Shown one piece after another: positions 27,138-36,226 of a stretch of 64,000 bases of DNA. The translations under genes were made by a program, and so were the position numbers. The stretch is from IMG/VR virus record IMGVR_UViG_3300049182_000044, positions 1 through 64,000 of that record. One strand, 5' to 3'. The stretch is from a virus. Taxonomy: Duplodnaviria > Caudoviricetes. How positions within the stretch are numbered: position 1 is the stretch's first letter; every line of letters begins with the position of its first letter. The notes beneath the pieces were generated by a model that worked only from the letters and a program-made list of their open reading frames with translations, did no database searches and was not told the origin of the DNA.

Positions 27138-27366
27138 CATCGACTGGCCGAAATTCATTGCGCTCTGCCTGGTTCTCGCACTCATTTTACTCCTCACAGT
27201 TGCCCTCACGGAGTACTACAAAAACAAAGAAAAGATCGCTAAGGAAACGGCTGAAGTAGCTAGTGATTGCAGCGTAATAGGCGATGTGCTTGACAGTGCT
27301 CACGGTGGTGCCGTTGAGCTGCGTAAAATCTACAAATGCCCGGATGGCTTGATTCGCATTCGATAA
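27103..27366 (+). CDS. Single-pass membrane protein
   Basis: FIALCLVLALILLLTVALTEYY; two Cys in the soluble part. Confidence 0.6.
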   Translation: MWFPRPQKSTSNIDWPKFIALCLVLALILLLTVALTEYYKNKEKIAKETAEVASDCSVIGDVLDSAHGGAVELRKIYKCPDGLIRIR

Positions 27367-27376
27367 GGAGAACGAG

Positions 27377-27619
27377 ATGGCAGTCACATTTATGGAGGGC
27401 GAATTGCTCGGCAGTCAGATCATGCGCGTAGAACTTGAATGCAAGCGCGTGATCGAGTTCAATGTACAGCACATCTCACCGGATAATCGCCAGTGGGTGG
27501 GTGAGCGTATTGAGGCTCAGGTGAACCACATCGTGTCACTTGAACGCCAGGCGGCCGTCGAAGAACACAAAAACGCTGTCTACGATCTGATTAAACCAAC
27601 TACAAAGAGACTGTTATGA
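27377..27619 (+). CDS. Hypothetical protein
   Basis: AAGGAG RBS. Confidence 0.65.
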   Translation: MAVTFMEGELLGSQIMRVELECKRVIEFNVQHISPDNRQWVGERIEAQVNHIVSLERQAAVEEHKNAVYDLIKPTTKRLL

Positions 27620-28263
27620 AGGCTGAGATTTTAGGCTCGGTGAACGCCGTGCAATGGCATAACCATGGTGATCATCCCGATGTGCAGAAAGCATACGCGC
27701 GCTTGCTGTTCAACAAGGCTGGTACGCACTATATGCTGATTCATCCCCGCCATTGCAAGGATCACTGGATTCCGATTGATCCTTCGATTCACGCCGAATC
27801 ACGCATGGAAGAAGAGATCGACGAGAGCAAGACGTTCGAGTTGAAGCTGGACGAGCAGATTTACGGTGATGCAAAGGTCGTGGACTTCGTGTCACGCGCT
27901 CTAACTGCATACGGACAAACGATTGACCAGTATTTCCCAACCGGCACAATCAAGGCATTGCGCCCCGATTCGTCGATCAAGCTCTCTACAAACTGGGTAG
28001 TAAAGCCCGGTGATTGGATTGTGGACTTCGAGGATGGTACGCGTCACGTCTATACTGATGCAAACTTCCAGAAACGCTACCGCATTGTTCCTGATGTGAC
28101 CGATGCACAACTGCTGGACTTCATTTCGGAATGCATCCTATACGAAGACAGCAATGGGTTGCAGAAGGGATGGCGTGTGGGAGTAAGTGAAGTGGCGTTT
28201 ATGCCTGGTGAAACATTCCGGGAAGCTATCATCAATCGCATGAAGAAGGCAGGGCGGCTGTAA
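27616..28263 (+). CDS. Phage protein with PGDW motif
   Basis: VKPGDWIV..F..RY. Confidence 0.65.
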   Translation: MKAEILGSVNAVQWHNHGDHPDVQKAYARLLFNKAGTHYMLIHPRHCKDHWIPIDPSIHAESRMEEEIDESKTFELKLDEQIYGDAKVVDFVSRALTAYGQTIDQYFPTGTIKALRPDSSIKLSTNWVVKPGDWIVDFEDGTRHVYTDANFQKRYRIVPDVTDAQLLDFISECILYEDSNGLQKGWRVGVSEVAFMPGETFREAIINRMKKAGRL

Positions 28264-28271
28264 AAGAGAAT

Positions 28272-28302
28272 GGGCGAGCAACTTTTACGTTGACTCGCCC
28301 TT
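28272..28302. terminator. Hairpin between convergent genes
   Basis: GGGCGAG-CAAC / GTTG-A-CTCGCCC stem. Confidence 0.6.
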
Positions 28303-28308
28303 CCTTGT

Positions 28309-28692
28309 CTATGCCTTTGCTTCGACAACGCCGTCCTCACCCATCGAACGTATCACGTTCATGTACGTTGCACTGATGACTGCAACATATATCTCTTTCA
28401 TACTGTCCGGCACACGATGCTTGTCCCAGAACTGATTGCGTGTAGTCAAATACAAGTAACGCGAATCTGGGAACAACGCCAGCGTCTTGCGAATCGGCGC
28501 GTACAGCTTCTCAATCAAGTCAGTAGGTGTTTCATTGTGTTCGATCTCCACCTTGACTTCAAACTCTACTGCGAAGATCTTCCCCGATCCAATATCCCAG
28601 ATCGCACCTTCACTTGGCTTCAACACCCGCACTGTTGCGCCAGTAAGATCCTTTGGGAACACTGGCAGATTCCCCAACGTATAATCAGGCAT
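28309..28692 (-). CDS. Hypothetical protein
   Basis: Probable start MPDYTL at 28692 with an AAGGAG RBS. Confidence 0.65.
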   Translation of the reverse strand: MPDYTLGNLPVFPKDLTGATVRVLKPSEGAIWDIGSGKIFAVEFEVKVEIEHNETPTDLIEKLYAPIRKTLALFPDSRYLYLTTRNQFWDKHRVPDSMKEIYVAVISATYMNVIRSMGEDGVVEAKA

Positions 28693-28712
28693 TTCATTCT
28701 CCTTGAACAGAT

Positions 28713-28746
28713 AAAAAAGGGCGAACAACCGTTAAGCTGTCCGCCC
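28713..28746 (-). terminator. Intrinsic terminator
   Basis: Minus strand GGGCGGACAGC-loop-GTTGTTCGCCC-TTTTTT; the G-U pairs only form on this strand. Confidence 0.75.
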
Positions 28747-28781
28747 TAAAACCCTTTGGGAGGGATTAAACCGATTTGTGC

Positions 28782-29384
28782 TTACACAAGCATTTCAGCT
28801 GCCTTAGCCTTCACACGCGGGAACTGGCTGTTGTCAGCGATATACTTGAAGTCGGCTTGCGACATGCTGGACTCGTTGTTGCGCATCGTGGTCAAGACCT
28901 GATCTTCGTCCATGCCAGGTGCAGCAGCCAGATTCAGTGCAAAGCCGGAAACGCTACCATCGCCTTCTGCGACTGCACGTTGTGCTTCGGACGGCATCGC
29001 CTCTACTTCCGTGGTCAGTTCTTGTGCACGGCTGTAAATCTTCTGTGCTTCTTTCTGAGCATCCGGCTGTTCCATGGTGGCCATCGCTTGCTCTTCATGA
29101 ACCAGCTTCAGCATGCCCATCGCAATCATGCGGCGGAACGTCGGGCTGCCCAGGATCGCCTTGCGAGTTGCCTGAGTGGTCAGATCAATCGGAATCCAGG
29201 TAACGGGAACCGAAACAACGATCGTCTGGCCTTGGCCGTCAGACATGGTCATGTTGACGTTGCCCTTTGGATTTGTGTTGTTGAGCACCCAGACCGAAGA
29301 TCCTTTCGAGTTTTCGAGGTCTGCAATTGTCAACGGCTTTGCTTTTGCGACTGCTGCTTTTACTTGGCCTTGGTTGTTGTTCAT
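28782..29384 (-). CDS. Conserved phage hypothetical protein
   Basis: 200-aa ORF with AAGGA RBS and its own terminator. Confidence 0.75.
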   Translation of the reverse strand: MNNNQGQVKAAVAKAKPLTIADLENSKGSSVWVLNNTNPKGNVNMTMSDGQGQTIVVSVPVTWIPIDLTTQATRKAILGSPTFRRMIAMGMLKLVHEEQAMATMEQPDAQKEAQKIYSRAQELTTEVEAMPSEAQRAVAEGDGSVSGFALNLAAAPGMDEDQVLTTMRNNESSMSQADFKYIADNSQFPRVKAKAAEMLV

Positions 29385-29976
29385 TTTGACTTCCTTCCTT
29401 AAGTTGTTTAATGAGAGTCTCGTATTTCATACGAGTGAGATTCAACAGCGCATGTACAGGAAACTGAGAAACTTCCCCGCCCTTTTTCTTCACAAACTTC
29501 TTGTACACCTTTTTGGATGTTAGATACGGCCACATCCAGTTTTGGAACTGGAGTTTTCGTATGCGTAACGGATACTCTTCTTCCAGCTTTTCAACCATCT
29601 TACCGGAGTAAGACTTTTCCTTCGGCTTATAGTTCTCCCGAATGTACTCGACTAGCGAGTTCAAAATCAGGATCGCCTTCACCCGCATGATAGCCTTCTT
29701 ACGCTTGATCGAAACCAATCGAGTACTGACCTTCACGCCACTGAACTTGTACAGGTGCAGCTCAGCATCACTAATGATCTTGTTCCCAATCGGCTGAACG
29801 CGGTCGATTGCCAAACATTTGTGCTTCGTTACTTCGGTATAGTTTTTGCAGGTCCGGATCGTGCACTCGTAGAACTTAAATCCCTCCACGTAAATGCACG
29901 AATTGACTTTTTGGTCAGCTGGGAACACAGGTATTACCCTCCGTTCCTCTGATCCATTTTTCTTCTGCACTTCCAT
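29239..29976 (-). CDS. Basic hypothetical protein
   Basis: 245-aa ORF; 3' end overlaps the next gene. Confidence 0.65.
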   Translation of the reverse strand: MEVQKKNGSEERRVIPVFPADQKVNSCIYVEGFKFYECTIRTCKNYTEVTKHKCLAIDRVQPIGNKIISDAELHLYKFSGVKVSTRLVSIKRKKAIMRVKAILILNSLVEYIRENYKPKEKSYSGKMVEKLEEEYPLRIRKLQFQNWMWPYLTSKKVYKKFVKKKGGEVSQFPVHALLNLTRMKYETLIKQLKEGSQNEQQPRPSKSSSRKSKAVDNCRPRKLERIFGLGAQQHKSKGQRQHDHV

Positions 29977-29987
29977 CTAAGCGTCCT

Positions 29988-30518
29988 TTACATGGTCGCA
30001 GCTAGACCCTTTTTGAATTTACCATACCCTGACTCCAGAAACTCGAATGGCTTAACATCGAGATACACTGACGCGCCGTAAATACTTATATTCGCGGCGT
30101 CGATCCTGTGAGGAACCAACTCTGATTCCTTATACAATGCATCCAGATCTTGCACTCGATTGAAAGCGTTCTTCCATTGTGCTGCAGTCAACAGCATCAA
30201 GTCCTCTACCTCGAACTCCGAAAGCACTCCGAGCATGAACGAAACCAACTCGCCTGTGTTACCGCCCATGCGTCCCCGGTTCATAAACCGTTCTGCGACG
30301 ATGACGTCCACATCGTACTTGGCGATCAGCCCACCGATCTCTGCCTTGAATGCTTCCTTCTGACTGATAAGTGCTCCAGTCAAATCCGTTACCGTGTTCT
30401 CAATCATCCCCGTCTCGTGAAACCGATAACGAAACGGAAGTTTGAGCTTCACTTCTGTGACTGCAAACGCGAAATTGCTTTTTCCAGGGTCGAGCCCGAG
30501 AATGGTGAAAGATTTCAT
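29988..30518 (-). CDS. ruvC: RuvC-like Holliday junction resolvase
   Basis: ILGLDPG, VAE, HRIDA acidic triad. Confidence 0.75.
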   Translation of the reverse strand: MKSFTILGLDPGKSNFAFAVTEVKLKLPFRYRFHETGMIENTVTDLTGALISQKEAFKAEIGGLIAKYDVDVIVAERFMNRGRMGGNTGELVSFMLGVLSEFEVEDLMLLTAAQWKNAFNRVQDLDALYKESELVPHRIDAANISIYGASVYLDVKPFEFLESGYGKFKKGLAATM

Positions 30519-30595
30519 GTTGTTCTCCTTTCACCCACATTACAAAAGACAACCTTGAATTTGAACACCTACAGATTGCCTCTCGAATACAATGT

Positions 30596-30603
30596 CTTTA
30601 CAG
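30596..30603 (-). promoter_or_regulatory. Candidate phage promoter CTGTAAAG
   Basis: About 78 nt upstream of the ruvC-like gene. Confidence 0.45.
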
Positions 30604-30657
30604 TATCTGAGTGGCAATTTTCGTAATTTCCTTGTATCAACCACATGGGAATTCATC

Positions 30658-31767
30658 ATGGGAATCAAGAGTGGAACACCTAGAATTAAAAGGGTTCACG
30701 CTAAAAACTACATCAGCAAACAAGCTGATGCTCGTCTTAAGGAAGCAGTACGTCCTTATCAAGAGATGGGAAAGCAAGCGTTGGGTGTGGACTCATTTGA
30801 AGTAAAATATTACCAGCAGACGAAATCAACTACGATCTGCACATGCAAACAGACCACGCTGTTCCAGCATCACGCTTCAGTTGTTGAGCCGAGCCGCAAT
30901 GTGCCAGTCACGTTGGCGAAGAACGACAGCATAATCGAAGAGACAGTTAGCATCGACTATGATCGTCCACTGTTCGGCTTCCATTCCGAACGTGAATTGC
31001 AAGATGAGCCAACAACTCTCGGCGATGAATTTGACTTTGTTGACGAGGAAGATGGCAGCAGCGGAGGCCAGCCTGCGACACTGGACAACTTGTTTGCCGC
31101 CGGCACAGACTGCGGCATCTGCTACAAGACTGGCTTCGTACCCGGCTACTCGGCATATGGCTTTGAACGGCATGTTTTGGCGACGCACAACATCGCTGAT
31201 GTTTATGGCTACCACATGGACGTAACGAGCGCACCGCACAAGATGAGGCGTCTCGACATGCGCGAAGGCTACGTTGACTTTGAAGTGGATGTACCTCGCT
31301 ACTTCAAAGACGTTAATGTGTCTGTGCGTAACAACACTGACATTCTGCCGGACACGCTGTACACCATCCTCGGACAAGACGATCGTCTGACATTTAACGA
31401 AGTGAAGTTGAATGCTGGGAAGAAGATGGTGGTGCGCGTATTGGCAGCAGAGTTTACCCACGTAGTCATTGAGTTTGACCTCGGCACAGAGAAACTTCTC
31501 GCCAATCTTGCTCAAATGACCAAGACCGTGGACTGGACGTTGTTCGATACACTGGGCAATATCAACATCATTCTGCCGATGACTATCAGTTCGGTAAACG
31601 CAAACGATGTTATCTATGTACCGAAACGTCAAGCACTGTTTAAGATCACGGATGTAACTTATTTGCGCACTGCAGATGAGCGAAATCTGGATTGGAGCGT
31701 GAACACTCGTGTGCTTCAACCACAAGAAGCGCTGGGTCGTATCAGCAAATCATTTAAACTGTTCTAA
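30658..31767 (+). CDS. Probable virion neck/head-completion protein
   Basis: Start of the plus-strand late block; CTC..CGIC; beta-rich C-terminus. Function inferred. Confidence 0.4.
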   Translation: MGIKSGTPRIKRVHAKNYISKQADARLKEAVRPYQEMGKQALGVDSFEVKYYQQTKSTTICTCKQTTLFQHHASVVEPSRNVPVTLAKNDSIIEETVSIDYDRPLFGFHSERELQDEPTTLGDEFDFVDEEDGSSGGQPATLDNLFAAGTDCGICYKTGFVPGYSAYGFERHVLATHNIADVYGYHMDVTSAPHKMRRLDMREGYVDFEVDVPRYFKDVNVSVRNNTDILPDTLYTILGQDDRLTFNEVKLNAGKKMVVRVLAAEFTHVVIEFDLGTEKLLANLAQMTKTVDWTLFDTLGNINIILPMTISSVNANDVIYVPKRQALFKITDVTYLRTADERNLDWSVNTRVLQPQEALGRISKSFKLF

Positions 31768-32036
31768 TTGATGCAAAGGAGAGGAAAATGAAGAAGTCTT
31801 TGCTGTAATCTGACAAATCGCGTTGCATTTATGCTACAAACTGTGCCAAATCGGTCAATCGAACACGTTTGGCACACGTTTGTCATGCACATTGTTGAGA
31901 TCAAAAGTGTGTATTTTGTAGCGCAGCATAATAATTTTTTGATGTGATTTCAAAAGACATTTTGAGTCATACACACATCAGATCTGAACTGTGTTGATTT
32001 AATTCTCATTTCAATTTCCTAACAAGGAGTAACACC

Positions 32037-32942
32037 ATGGCAATCCAACGCCGCCTGAAGAACGTGGCTGACACGTCCATCGCAAAGAAACGCAAGAAGA
32101 AAAAGACCGACGCCAAGTCGATCGCCGCTCGCAAGAAGGCAAAAGCTTACCGCATGAAGAACAAGGGCAAGCTGAAGGTCGCGCGCAAGAAGCGCGAGAT
32201 GAAGAAGACGGCCGCTGAAAAAGCGTTCGAGAAGAAGCACAAGGAAATCGTTGCCGAGAAGCTGCACGGCAAGAAGAAGAAGGCCAAGAAGGCAGGCAAG
32301 GTCGCCGCTGGTGATGCCAAGGGCGCACGCGCCAAGGCAAAGGAAGAGCGTCTGAAGGCCAAGGCAGCGAAGAAGGCCGCTGCTGAAGCCAAGAAGAAGG
32401 CAGCCGCTGCCAAGAAGGAACTCGCCAAGGCTCACAAGGCTGCGAAGAAGTCCCTGGTCACCAAGCACAAGCAAGCGCTGAAGAAGCTCGTCGGCGATCA
32501 CAAGAAGAAGTTGTCCTCGCTCGGCGGCAAGGCCAAGACGGCGAAGAAGTCGGTTGCCAAGAAGGCCAAGGTCGTTGTGAAAGCAGCGAAGAAGACCGCT
32601 AAGGTCGCTGTCAAGAAGGCGAAGAAAGTAGCCAAGAAGGCAGCAGCCGCTCCGGCAGCTAAGGCACCGAAGGCCAAGAAGGCGAAGAAGGCAAAAGCAG
32701 CTAAGGCTGCTAAGCCGGCAGCCAAGAAGGCCAAGGCACCGAAGGCCAAGAAGGCAGCTAAGGTAGCAAAGGCACCGAAGGCTAAGAAGGCCAAAGTCGC
32801 CAAGGCACCGAAGGCCAACAAGGTCCCGAAGGCAGCCAAGAAGGCAGCTAAGAAAGTCGCTTCCAAGACCACGACCAAGAAGGTCGGTCTGAAGAAGAAG
32901 ACCGCAAAGCCGCTCGCTAAGAAGGCACGTCCGCATCTGTAA
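32037..32942 (+). CDS. Histone H1-like Lys/Ala-rich DNA-binding protein 1
   Basis: Almost entirely K/A/P repeats (KAPKAKK, AAKKA); AAGGAG RBS. Confidence 0.8.
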   Translation: MAIQRRLKNVADTSIAKKRKKKKTDAKSIAARKKAKAYRMKNKGKLKVARKKREMKKTAAEKAFEKKHKEIVAEKLHGKKKKAKKAGKVAAGDAKGARAKAKEERLKAKAAKKAAAEAKKKAAAAKKELAKAHKAAKKSLVTKHKQALKKLVGDHKKKLSSLGGKAKTAKKSVAKKAKVVVKAAKKTAKVAVKKAKKVAKKAAAAPAAKAPKAKKAKKAKAAKAAKPAAKKAKAPKAKKAAKVAKAPKAKKAKVAKAPKANKVPKAAKKAAKKVASKTTTKKVGLKKKTAKPLAKKARPHL

Positions 32943-32977
32943 TCTCAGGTCGGAAAGCTGAATAAGCGATCTTAATG

Positions 32978-33020
32978 AAATGGGCCCAAATGTTTAATCG
33001 CATTTCGGGCCCATTTTTGT
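32978..33020 (+). terminator. Hairpin terminator between the H1-like genes
   Basis: AAATGGGCCC / GGGCCCATTT plus T-run. Confidence 0.7.
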
Positions 33021-33043
33021 ATCTACACTCAATCGAGGCAAAC

Positions 33044-34006
33044 ATGGCAACGAAGAAAACCGCAGCAAAGAAACCCGCTGCAAAGAAGAAAGCTGCGGCG
33101 AAGAAGCCAGCAGCCAAGAAAACCACTGTGAAGAAAGTGGCGAAGAAGACCACAGCCAAGAAGACTGCGGCGAAGAAACCGGCAGTGAAGAAGGCCAAGC
33201 CTGCTGCAAAGAAAGCTGCACCGGCTAAGAAGAAGCGCAAGCTGAAGGGCGTTAACGATCTGAGCATCGTCAAACAACGTGCCAAGGGCAAGAAGAAAGG
33301 CGCAGCTGCAGTCAAAGCTCGTCTGAAGAACAAGCAATACCGCCTGAAGAACAAGGCGAAGATCAAGCAGAAAGCCAAGGTCCGCAAGGCCAAGATGACG
33401 GCGGCGGAAAAGGCTTTCAACAAGAAGCACAAGGAAGTCATCAAGAAGCATCACGCCAAGACCAAGGGCAAGATCGCTAAGCTGAAAGAAAACCACACCG
33501 CCAAGATCGCGAAGCTGAAAGCCAAGAAGCAGACGCCGAACGTCAAGGCAAAGATCCAGGCTACGAAGGCCAAGCACACCGAGAAGGTCACGGCGCTGAA
33601 GCAGGCTCACGAGAAGAAGAAAGAATCGCTCCTTTCCAAACTCGGCGGCCTGGCTAAGAAGGCTGTGAAGACCGGAACAAAGGCGGTCAAGAAGGCCCTG
33701 AACATGGGCAAGAAGACCAAGAAGGTCAAGATCGACAAAGGCTTCAAGAACGTCACTCCGAAACAAGGCGCTAAGGCGAACAAGGCTCGTAAGGCCAAGC
33801 TTGGCGCGAAGAAAGTTCCGACCGTGAAGAAACGTTCTGCAAAAGAACTTGAGTCGTTCGAGGGATCGCCGCGCAAGAAGTCCAAGATCTCAAAGATCGT
33901 TCCGAGCAAAAAGGGCTCTAAGAAGGTCACGAAGGTAGTCAAGAAAGCAGCGAAGAAAGTCTCGCTGAAGAAGGCTAAGAAGCCGGCCAAGAAGTCCAAG
34001 AAGTAA
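33044..34006 (+). CDS. Histone H1-like Lys/Ala-rich DNA-binding protein 2
   Basis: Starts MATKKTAAKKPAAKK (GAGG RBS); shares the core YRxKNKxKxK..TAAEKAFxKKHKE with protein 1. Confidence 0.8.
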   Translation: MATKKTAAKKPAAKKKAAAKKPAAKKTTVKKVAKKTTAKKTAAKKPAVKKAKPAAKKAAPAKKKRKLKGVNDLSIVKQRAKGKKKGAAAVKARLKNKQYRLKNKAKIKQKAKVRKAKMTAAEKAFNKKHKEVIKKHHAKTKGKIAKLKENHTAKIAKLKAKKQTPNVKAKIQATKAKHTEKVTALKQAHEKKKESLLSKLGGLAKKAVKTGTKAVKKALNMGKKTKKVKIDKGFKNVTPKQGAKANKARKAKLGAKKVPTVKKRSAKELESFEGSPRKKSKISKIVPSKKGSKKVTKVVKKAAKKVSLKKAKKPAKKSKK

Positions 34007-34021
34007 CCAACGGAGGTCACC

Positions 34022-34213
34022 ATGGCCTATAAAACCGTTCGTGTGAAAACACGTAAGTTGACGCCGATGCAGAGCATCACCCGGCGACGCAAGTTCATCG
34101 CAAAGTTGCAACGCAGTAAAGACCCACGTAAAGTGGAGAAGATTGCGTTCCACAATGCTGCGATCAAATCGTTGCAGGCGAAGATGCGTCTGAAGAACCA
34201 AAAGCGTAAGTAG
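34022..34213 (+). CDS. Small highly basic protein
   Basis: 63 aa, K/R-rich; GGAGG RBS. Confidence 0.7.
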   Translation: MAYKTVRVKTRKLTPMQSITRRRKFIAKLQRSKDPRKVEKIAFHNAAIKSLQAKMRLKNQKRK

Positions 34214-34219
34214 TAACGT

Positions 34220-34252
34220 AGGGACCCATATCTAAACGGTATGGGTCCTTTC
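34220..34252 (+). terminator. Intrinsic terminator
   Basis: AGGGACCCATA / TATGGGTCCTT-T. Confidence 0.75.
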
Positions 34253-34271
34253 GTCATTTGAGGTCGAAAAA

Positions 34272-34631
34272 ATGAACGCACATCCTGAATTTCCTGTCGC
34301 CCTGAAGTACAACACTTTGCAGTTTGCAGCGAATGTGCTGATGCATATCCGTGGCCGTGAAGATACCGAAATGGGCACAATCGGTGAGCAGATGCTGGAA
34401 CTGCTTTCTTCTTTCCGCCGAGTGCGACCCGAATACATCGACGAGTTCTATGAACTCCTAACCGGCCTGTGCACCTACCTGATTAAATACTCTGGACTCG
34501 CAGAATCCTGCTCGAAGTCCGGTGCGTACAAAGCACGCCGTCTCGAGTGTTTGGCCACAATCAAAACGCTTATTCAAGGTATCGAAAAGCAAGAAGATGT
34601 GATGAAACTGCTCCGGAATATGCGTCGCTAA
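34272..34631 (+). CDS. Hypothetical protein
   Basis: GAGG RBS. Confidence 0.65.
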   Translation: MNAHPEFPVALKYNTLQFAANVLMHIRGREDTEMGTIGEQMLELLSSFRRVRPEYIDEFYELLTGLCTYLIKYSGLAESCSKSGAYKARRLECLATIKTLIQGIEKQEDVMKLLRNMRR

Positions 34632-34741
34632 TCTGTCCAAAAACGGGCCTTATTGGTGCTCCGTATGTCTGCGGTTTTGCAAGCGAAAATGTAATTTGAA
34701 TGTATAGTTTCAACAAATACCAGCATCTATAAGGTCCTATA

Positions 34742-36142
34742 ATGAAGGCGAAATCTGCATTAGACACGATGGAACGCATTCGCAAGGCTCGTAGCCTGAA
34801 CGACGTTGTATCCATCGTCCGCGACATTGCAAAGAACGTCGTTGCACAGCAAAAGAGTGTGACGAAAATGGGTGTATCCCTATCCGCCGGCAAGAAAATC
34901 AAAGACGAGACACTTGACATTGACCACACTGGCAAGAAGCCGGTTCGTGTGCGAGTCGGATCGAAGAAAAAGAAGGGTTCTGCACCTTTGAGTAGCGGAG
35001 CCAAGCTGGAGGGTTTCAAAGCTCCTCCTGCCGGACAAGTCAAAGAACACATGGAAGTCGTGCACCAGTTGCATGACAACGTAAAGCAACTGGAAGCCGC
35101 TCGTGCGCTGATCGAGCAGGCGTTTTCCCGTTCTGCGAAGAAGGATGTTGCCTTGAAGGGTATTGATGCCCTGATTAAGGACAGCACCAAGATCGTGAAC
35201 AACGCTTACGACATGATGGAAGAAATCTCGAAAAAGCACATTCCTGAAGAACTCGAAGAGATGAATCAATCTCTGTTCGACTTCTTGCTCGAGGCTGTTC
35301 CACAAGACAAGTACGCCAACATCATCCAGGGCACCTACGTGACTCTGCGTGAAACGGATTCCTCAGTTGCTCCTGCTGGCAAAGGTCCGAGTAAGCTGAA
35401 GATGAATACGGACTTCGTGTTCTCGTGCTACAACGTTCTCGAAAATCTGGAAGCCAGCGATGGCTACTTCTTCCCGAAATACGTACTGGTGCTGACCGGC
35501 GTGGTCGACCACCGTACCAAGGAAGGAAAGCCACATAGCGTCCTGCGTTACTTCCTGAATGCTTTGCCGGATTTCCGCGAGCCAGGAAAATACGATCTGG
35601 GCGCTGAAGTGCGGGACGAAGCGGACATGATGCATCGTGCGTCCCTCCTGCTTGCTCACAATTCCGTAGTCGTTCCGTTTGAACGTAAACCGATGCCACT
35701 CACCGATTCCGATGTGAAGACCAAAGGCTTCCACGGCATCCCGAACGTAGCTCGCGCTTATGTAGATGACGATCAACTGTGCGTCGTGGTCAAGAAGGGC
35801 AAGGCCAATACGGCTAACATTCAGAAGATTCAGACTGAAGTGATGTCTCTTCTGACTGCTGTCATCCGCACACCGAAGAAGGTCAAAGAAGCGGGGCCGA
35901 CGGGTAAGGGTGGTACTGTATTCAAATCCGCAGGTCGCGGCTCGGTCATTCTGCCGGCGCGTCCGGTGAAGGAAGGCGACAACACGGTTCTCAAGTTCTC
36001 GCTAATCCCTAACATCCCGGAAACCGATGCACAGCAGAAGTACACGGTCAATGTGGCTAAGCTGAAAGATCTGCAGGAGATGCTGGAACTGCCTGATGAC
36101 GTTATGTCCGAAGTCAAGAAGGCCTTGAAGCATCACATCTAA
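34742..36142 (+). CDS. Probable virion (head) protein with VSLSA motif at residues 45-49
   Basis: 466-aa ORF in the late block. Confidence 0.55.
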   Translation: MKAKSALDTMERIRKARSLNDVVSIVRDIAKNVVAQQKSVTKMGVSLSAGKKIKDETLDIDHTGKKPVRVRVGSKKKKGSAPLSSGAKLEGFKAPPAGQVKEHMEVVHQLHDNVKQLEAARALIEQAFSRSAKKDVALKGIDALIKDSTKIVNNAYDMMEEISKKHIPEELEEMNQSLFDFLLEAVPQDKYANIIQGTYVTLRETDSSVAPAGKGPSKLKMNTDFVFSCYNVLENLEASDGYFFPKYVLVLTGVVDHRTKEGKPHSVLRYFLNALPDFREPGKYDLGAEVRDEADMMHRASLLLAHNSVVVPFERKPMPLTDSDVKTKGFHGIPNVARAYVDDDQLCVVVKKGKANTANIQKIQTEVMSLLTAVIRTPKKVKEAGPTGKGGTVFKSAGRGSVILPARPVKEGDNTVLKFSLIPNIPETDAQQKYTVNVAKLKDLQEMLELPDDVMSEVKKALKHHI

Positions 36143-36154
36143 AGTTTGGCTGAG

Positions 36155-36205
36155 AATGCTCGATACTTCTGCGCTATCAAGTGTAAGCGGTATCGAGCAT
36201 TTTTA
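36155..36205 (+). terminator. Intrinsic terminator
   Basis: AATGCTCGATAC / GTATCGAGCATT-TTT. Confidence 0.7.
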
Positions 36206-36226
36206 CCATGGGTCATGGAGTTCTAA

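Noticed and set aside
32011-34023. Minus-strand ORFs opposite the H1-like genes
   Set aside because: Same shadow effect from AAG/GCN repeats; no independent motifs.
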